This document shows, one piece after another, positions 28,656 to 33,749 of a stretch of DNA of 33,749 nt. The stretch is from Dethiobacteria bacterium (GTDB lineage: Bacteria > Bacillota > Dethiobacteria > DTU022 > PWGO01). A model generated the notes under the pieces. That model ran no database searches, was not told where the DNA came from, and worked only from the letters and a program-made list of their open reading frames with translations. How positions within the stretch are numbered: the first letter of the stretch is position 1; each line of letters begins with the position of its first letter. The stretch lies in NCBI GenBank assembly GCA_049277715.1, contig JBASYW010000016.1, positions 1 through 33,749 of the forward strand, read 5' to 3'. Made by a program: the position numbers and the translations under genes.

Positions 28656-30500
28656 ATGAGCGGTTTTCTGGGGATTTGGCAAAAAAAAAGTGATGTATCC
28701 TTCCTCGATATGGAGGAGTTAACTTCGGTTTTGGCTCACCGTGGCCCTGATGAGTCGGGGCAATTTATTTCAATGCCGGTGGCACTCGGTTACAGGGGCT
28801 TAAACATTATTGATCTATCAAAGAGGCAGCAGCCCCTGTTTAACGAGAACCAAAATCTCTGTCTGGTATGTAACGGCAGGATTTATAACTATCTTCAACT
28901 GCGGCAGGAGTTGATCGATAAAGGGCACCATTTCCGAAGTGAGAGCGATTCCGAGGTGATCCTGCATCTCTACGAGGAGGAAGGCGAGCGCTGTGTGGAT
29001 CGCTTGAGGGGCATGTTTGCATTCTGTATTTACGATCGCGAAGAAGAACAGTTTTTTGGAGCCCGGGATCGTTTTGGCAACAAACCGCTGTATTATGTGG
29101 AGACGGCGGATCTCTTTGCGATAGCCTCCGAAGCCAAAGCACTGCTGGCCTTGCCCGGTTGCCACCGGGGTCTGAATGAGTCCGCCCTGCCTCATTATCT
29201 TACCTTTCAATACGTTCCGGAGCCGCAGACGATGTTCAAGGGCATCTTCAAAATACCCCCCGCCCATACCTTTACCTATAAAAACAACCGCCTGACACTG
29301 GGCCGTTACTGGAGGATCAGATTCCAACCGCGGGCCGGTTCTTTGGAAGATTTTACGGCCGGTACGCGCAGCATCCTGAGTGAAGCCGTAAAACTATATA
29401 CGCAGAGTGCGCTGCCACTGGGGGCGTTTCTCTCCGGTGGCATTGATTCGAGTGTGATCGTCGCCTTGCTCCGTGAACAGGGCCCGGTCTCCACCTTCAG
29501 CGTCGGTTATGAAGATCTTGCCTACAGCGAACTTTCCGAGGCGGCGGAGACAGCCCGCTATCTGGAGACCGATCACGAGGAATACCTGATTGACCCGGAT
29601 GAGTTCTGGGATCATCTTCCCCGGCTTGTCTGGCATTTTGATGATCCGGTGGCCGATCCGGCGGCGATATCCCTTTTTTTTGTGGCCCGGATGGCACGGA
29701 AAAAGGTTGCTGTTACCCTCTCCGGCGAGGGTGCCGATGAAGTTTTTGGCGGATATGGCATCTACCATGAGCCGAAGTCCCTTTCTCCCCTGACCTGGTT
29801 GCCGTCGCCTGTACTGGCGGCTATCGGGAAAGGAGCGCGAAAAATACCGGGGGCGATCCCCGGCAAGAATTATCTTCTGAGGGCGGCCACCCCGCTACGG
29901 CAGCGTTTTTTGGGCAATGCCCGGATCTTTACGGAAGAGGATAAAAAGCTGCTTTTAAATCGGAGCGATTTCCCGCCGGCCCGATCCGTCACCGACCCGC
30001 TTTATGATGAGGCCGAGCGATACGGATACGATGACGTTACGGCGATGCAATACATTGACCTGCACACCTGGATGGTAGGCGACATCCTTGTTAAAGCGGA
30101 TAAGATGCCTATGGCCAATTCTCTGGAGTTGCGCACCCCGTTTCTGGATCACCATGTGTTTGAATTTGCGGCCACGATTCCGACCGGGTACAAGATCAGG
30201 AAGGGGCTTACCAAGTATGTGCTCAGGCAGGCCTTTACCGATCTTCTGCCCGCTACGGCCATCACCCGTCCCAAACGGGGGTTTCCGGTTCCCACCCGGA
30301 TCTGGTTGCGAGGGCCTCTGAGCAGGCAGGTGGAGGAGTTACTCCGCGACCCTCTTCTGGATAAATATTTTTCAGGAGCGGTGATCCGGCAACTGATTAC
30401 CGATCACCGGACCGGGAAAACCGACAACAGTCGGCGGTTATGGGTCCTGATTATTTTTGCCCTCTGGCTGCATCAGTTCATGAAGGATGGAAAGCAGTAA
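28656..30500 (+). CDS. asparagine-synthase-family (AsnB-like) adenylating enzyme with a degenerate glutaminase site
   Basis: Ntn-type N-domain (HRGPDESG, NGRIYNY, SESDSEVIL) and a synthetase domain with an intact PP-loop LSGGIDSS and LSGEGADEVFGGYG. ATG 28656 lies 5 nt after GGGGGAGGGG. Residue 2 is Ser (AGC), not Cys. Confidence 0.85.
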   Translation: MSGFLGIWQKKSDVSFLDMEELTSVLAHRGPDESGQFISMPVALGYRGLNIIDLSKRQQPLFNENQNLCLVCNGRIYNYLQLRQELIDKGHHFRSESDSEVILHLYEEEGERCVDRLRGMFAFCIYDREEEQFFGARDRFGNKPLYYVETADLFAIASEAKALLALPGCHRGLNESALPHYLTFQYVPEPQTMFKGIFKIPPAHTFTYKNNRLTLGRYWRIRFQPRAGSLEDFTAGTRSILSEAVKLYTQSALPLGAFLSGGIDSSVIVALLREQGPVSTFSVGYEDLAYSELSEAAETARYLETDHEEYLIDPDEFWDHLPRLVWHFDDPVADPAAISLFFVARMARKKVAVTLSGEGADEVFGGYGIYHEPKSLSPLTWLPSPVLAAIGKGARKIPGAIPGKNYLLRAATPLRQRFLGNARIFTEEDKKLLLNRSDFPPARSVTDPLYDEAERYGYDDVTAMQYIDLHTWMVGDILVKADKMPMANSLELRTPFLDHHVFEFAATIPTGYKIRKGLTKYVLRQAFTDLLPATAITRPKRGFPVPTRIWLRGPLSRQVEELLRDPLLDKYFSGAVIRQLITDHRTGKTDNSRRLWVLIIFALWLHQFMKDGKQ

Positions 30501-30559
30501 GGATATTATCATGCCGTTGAACAGATGAGAGGGCACGGTTGCCGTCTTTGGAACAGGCC

Positions 30560-30604
30560 GTTCTCCGGGTTAATTTTAGATTCAGGTTCTCCGGGACAAT
30601 TTTA
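30560..30604 (+). repeat. 19-nt direct repeat pair upstream of larB
   Basis: GTTCTCCGGGTTAATTTTA (30560-30578) and GTTCTCCGGGACAATTTTA (30586-30604): 17/19 identical, 26-nt period, ending about 20 nt before the larB start. Confidence 0.7.
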
Positions 30605-30624
30605 AAGGATTTCCGCCGGGCAGG

Positions 30625-31398
30625 GTGAAATTATTAGATATGGACAAGCAGAAGATAACAGACCTGTTGCAGAAGGTAAAAGAACAGGAAATTACCGTTG
30701 AGGAAGCGATGGAGGCTCTGCGGGGGCTCCCCTATGAGGATCTCGGGTTTGCCAAAGTAGATCATCACCGGCTGTTGCAGAAGGGGTTTCCCGAGGTAAT
30801 TTACTGTCCCGGGAAGACGACCGCGCAGATTGTGGAAATATCACGGCGGCTGGAACGATCAGGGGCAGTGGTTCTGGCCACCAGGGCCGAACCTGCCGTC
30901 TATGAAGCGGTGCGGGAGGTCTTCCCCGCCGCCGAGTATTATGAACATTGCCGGGCGCTGGTAATCCGCCCGCCTGATCTCCCCCTTCCGGAGCCGGAAG
31001 GCAAGGTCGTGGTGCTGGCGGCCGGGACGGCCGATATACCTGTTGCCGATGAGGCGGCGCTTACCGCAGATTTGATGGGCTGCCGGGTGGTCAAGATTTA
31101 CGATATCGGCGTTGCCGGTATCCACAGGCTCTTTGACCATTGGTCCGAGATAAAGGATGCCCGTGTCATCATCGCCGTGGCCGGGATGGAGGGGGCTTTA
31201 CCCAGTGTCGTGGGTGGCCTGGCCGGCTGTCCGGTAATTGCCGTTCCCACCAGCGTGGGGTATGGAGCGCATTTTAACGGGTTGGCTCCTCTTCTGAGCA
31301 TGTTGAACAGCTGTGCTTCCGGCGTAGCCGTCGTTAACATAGATAACGGTTTTGGGGCCGGTTATACGGCGGCTCTGATCAACCGGATTAAAGGATAA
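30625..31398 (+). CDS. larB: nickel-pincer cofactor biosynthesis protein LarB (PurE-like NaAD carboxylase/hydrolase)
   Basis: FAKVDHHRLLQKGFPEVIYCPGKT and the PurE-like core VVVLAAGTADIPVADEA...IIAVAGMEGALPSVVGGL...VIAVPTSVGYG. The start is GTG 30625 or ATG 30640. Confidence 0.85.
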   Translation: MKLLDMDKQKITDLLQKVKEQEITVEEAMEALRGLPYEDLGFAKVDHHRLLQKGFPEVIYCPGKTTAQIVEISRRLERSGAVVLATRAEPAVYEAVREVFPAAEYYEHCRALVIRPPDLPLPEPEGKVVVLAAGTADIPVADEAALTADLMGCRVVKIYDIGVAGIHRLFDHWSEIKDARVIIAVAGMEGALPSVVGGLAGCPVIAVPTSVGYGAHFNGLAPLLSMLNSCASGVAVVNIDNGFGAGYTAALINRIKG

Positions 31399-31521
31399 CA
31401 GGCTGCAGGCTGCCGCCGGCATCATATTAAAGAAGTATAACTTTGATGTTTTTTTATCAGATAGAGAAAGACAACTTGTTTTTCTCCTCCCGTTGACAAC
31501 AACTTCAGGAAGGATTTATAT

Positions 31522-32733
31522 ATGGACAACAAGAGAATTATTTATCTGGATTGTTATTGTGGTATCAGCGGTGATATGTTGCTGGGGGCCCTTCTGGATG
31601 CCGGCCTGGAACTCTCTGCGCTGGAAGAAGGTTTGTCTTTGTTGGGCCTGGACGGTTATCGGTTGGGGATGGAGCGGGTTTGTCGCCGGGGAATTACCGG
31701 CACCTCTTTTATAATTGAGTCCGCGGAGGATACTGCCGAGAGAAAGTACAAGGATATCGTTTGCATTATTGGTGCCAGCCGCCTGCCCGAAGAAGTAAAA
31801 GAACGGGCGCTGGCGGTATTTTATCGGTTGGCGGCCGTGGAGGCGCGTATCCACGGGATGGCGCTTGAAGATGTTGCTTTCCATGAGATCGGGGCGCTTG
31901 ATTCCATTCTGGATATTGTGGGCAGTACCCTGGCTCTGCATATCCTGGGCATCGATGAGATCATCTCCTCTCCGCTTCCTCTGGGGCGCGGTATGATCGA
32001 GATCGGTCATGGGCGTGTGCCCCTGCCTGCCCCTGCAACAGCGGCACTTCTTGCCGCAGGGGATGTGCCTGTTTATGGGGTGGAGACCGAGGGCGAGCTG
32101 GTTACCCCCACCGGGGCGGCTCTGGTTACAACTCTGGCCTGCGGCTTCGGGGAAATTCCTGATTTTACGCTGGAGTCCGTGGGCTATGGTGCGGGTAAGA
32201 ATGAATACGAGACCCCGAATTATCTCCGGGTTCTGATGGGTGCCGCCTGCAAAATGGAGCCGCGTTATCGGGAAAAAGTAAATATCATCGAGGCCAACAT
32301 TGATGATTTGAATCCGGAGATCACCGGTTATATGATGGAAAAACTGTTTTCAGAGGGGGCACTCGATGTGTTTTTTACACCAATCCAGATGAAGAAGAAC
32401 CGCCCGGCGGTGAAGCTTTCGATAATCTCCCCTCCGGCCCTGACCGGGAGGTTGATGGATAGGATATTTTTGGAGACCACCACTTTGGGATGCCGGGTCA
32501 TGGAGGCGCGGAAGGCGGCGCTGCCAAGAACTGTTGAAGAGATGGATACACCTTGGGGGCCGGTGCGGTTCAAAATTGTAAACAGCAAGGTGCAGGATAC
32601 AGTTATCACCCGCTGTGCACCGGAATATGAAGACTGTCTTTCCATTGCCCGGCGGGAACAGATTCCCCTGCAGGAGGCTTACAGGAAAGTTGAAGAATTT
32701 TACCATACAGCCGTAAAAGATAAAGGGGAGTAA
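31522..32733 (+). CDS. larC: nickel insertion protein LarC (DUF111 family), single unfused-frame ORF
   Basis: IYLDCYCGISGDMLLGALLDAG N-terminal signature, HEIGALDSILDIVG, and the C-terminal LarC2-like region. ATG lies 7 nt after AGGAAGGA. Confidence 0.88.
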   Translation: MDNKRIIYLDCYCGISGDMLLGALLDAGLELSALEEGLSLLGLDGYRLGMERVCRRGITGTSFIIESAEDTAERKYKDIVCIIGASRLPEEVKERALAVFYRLAAVEARIHGMALEDVAFHEIGALDSILDIVGSTLALHILGIDEIISSPLPLGRGMIEIGHGRVPLPAPATAALLAAGDVPVYGVETEGELVTPTGAALVTTLACGFGEIPDFTLESVGYGAGKNEYETPNYLRVLMGAACKMEPRYREKVNIIEANIDDLNPEITGYMMEKLFSEGALDVFFTPIQMKKNRPAVKLSIISPPALTGRLMDRIFLETTTLGCRVMEARKAALPRTVEEMDTPWGPVRFKIVNSKVQDTVITRCAPEYEDCLSIARREQIPLQEAYRKVEEFYHTAVKDKGE

Positions 32734-32823
32734 ATTTTCAGGGTAGAATTGGTTATATCATATGATTGATCTGATCGGGTGGAATCCCCGATGATCAAAA
32801 AACCGAAAGGGAGAGAGTAACAT

Positions 32824-33660
32824 ATGAGCAGGCAGGATTTCTGGGATAAGATGGGGTTGGCCGGGGAGAGGGTTCTGATCATGCATCATGATGACCTCGG
32901 TTTCCTGTATTCTCAGGATGCCGCTTTTCACAAGTTGGGTTTTAAGACCGGTTCACTGATGATGCCCGGAACGTGGGTCACCGGGTTTTTGGGTCTCAAG
33001 GATGTCGATCTGGGAGTGCATCTTACATTGACCAGTGAATGGGATGCCCCCCGCTTGCGCCCGCTTACCGATGGCCCCAGTCTTCGAGATGCCCACGGGT
33101 ATTTATGGCCGACCCTCGAAGAGGCCTGGGTCAATATTACCCTTGAAGATGCCATGGCAGAGATGAAGGCCCAGGTAGAGAGTGCTTACCGTTTGGGTAT
33201 TGATGTTACTCATCTCGATACCCACATGGGAACGGTGCTTCGCCCCGATCTGGCCGAGGTGTATGTGCAGCTTGGCCGGGATTACCGCCTGCCGGTTTAT
33301 CTTCCGGCGAGCGTGGCGGAACATGGTATCGACGAACCGGCATGCTCGTTTTTTGATGAGATGCTCGGTAAAATCGAGATGCCCAAATACAGGCTGGTTG
33401 ACGGCTACAGGGTCCCTCCCCCGCAGCGGAAGGATTGGTACCTGGAGAAGTTATCGGGTCTGGAACCGGGCGTATATCATCTGATTCATCACTCTGCCGT
33501 TCCCGAAACGGATCTGGTCTTGCCCGATAGGGCTGTCCGCACGGCAGATTTTGAAGCACTGATCGATCCTCAGGTACGTGAGGTAATCGGTGAATTCAGG
33601 ATGTTGTCTTACCGTGAGATCAGGGATAAATTGAGGGAAGAACCGCCGGAACGGAACTAA
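32824..33660 (+). CDS. ChbG/HpnK (YdjC-like) family carbohydrate deacetylase
   Basis: MHHDDLGF (the DD metal/base motif), HLTLTSEW and THLDTHMG blocks typical of the YdjC fold. ATG lies after GGGAGAGAG. Confidence 0.78.
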   Translation: MSRQDFWDKMGLAGERVLIMHHDDLGFLYSQDAAFHKLGFKTGSLMMPGTWVTGFLGLKDVDLGVHLTLTSEWDAPRLRPLTDGPSLRDAHGYLWPTLEEAWVNITLEDAMAEMKAQVESAYRLGIDVTHLDTHMGTVLRPDLAEVYVQLGRDYRLPVYLPASVAEHGIDEPACSFFDEMLGKIEMPKYRLVDGYRVPPPQRKDWYLEKLSGLEPGVYHLIHHSAVPETDLVLPDRAVRTADFEALIDPQVREVIGEFRMLSYREIRDKLREEPPERN

Positions 33661-33749
33661 GCCGCAGAGGGTATGGCCGGGGCCTTGCCCGATATTGTTT
33701 ATTTGGTATCGATGTGTTAAAATAAGCTTTGTTTGTGCTTATGGTTTTA

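Noticed and set aside
28681-28689. A9 homopolymer in codons 9-12 of the AsnB-like gene, considered as a possible slipped-strand phase-variation tract.
   Set aside because: Nine bases is short, it encodes an ordinary QKKS, and a single sequence gives no evidence of length variation.
31493-31521. Consensus-looking promoter TTGACA-17nt-TTATAT in front of larC.
   Set aside because: The -10 hexamer ends at the base before the larC ATG, so transcription would start inside the gene. The AGGAAGGA in the spacer is better explained as the larC ribosome-binding site.

Overview
Chromosomal segment of roughly 50% GC from a spore-forming Firmicutes/Clostridia-type anaerobe. This is inferred from codY, gerM, murI, rph-rdgB, strong GGAGG-type ribosome-binding sites and a four-subunit 2-oxoacid:ferredoxin oxidoreductase. 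Most of the window is housekeeping and signalling: carB (3' part), a ZIP metal transporter, codY, the oxidoreductase gamma-delta-alpha-beta operon, murI, gerM, rph, rdgB, tRNA-Pro(UGG), tRNA-Gly(UCC), two c-di-GMP enzymes, a GH16 lipoprotein, a GH2 beta-mannosidase, a YyaL-type thioredoxin-domain protein, and an asnB-like/larB/larC/chbG-like run. The stand-out is a sharply AT-rich islet (about 15.2-17.2 kb) immediately 3' of tRNA-Pro. It carries one 519-aa ORF with an unrecognisable N-terminal ~290 aa, a SAP-like DNA-binding motif and a C-terminal domain that threads by eye onto the FokI-type PD-DxK cleavage domain. No methyltransferase, ATPase, integrase or other partner gene is present, so I treat it as a candidate stand-alone, possibly undescribed, defence or Type IV-like nuclease. 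Secondary observations: (1) an asparagine-synthase-like gene whose glutaminase catalytic residues are replaced (Cys->Ser, NGE->NGR) sits directly upstream of larB-larC, with no larE or larA in the window; (2) a pseudo-receiver/receiver/GGDEF regulator plus a divergent MreB paralogue lie between murI-gerM and rph-rdgB; (3) a half-size PurL-like protein has a Cys-rich insert; (4) a membrane alkaline-phosphatase-family enzyme has unusual topology, and a 31-codon fragment of the same family lies elsewhere; (5) several promoter-proximal direct or inverted repeats; (6) an unexplained ~490-nt intergenic region. No CRISPR array, rRNA, transposase or integrase was seen. All family calls come from motif recognition by eye, and no database search was run.
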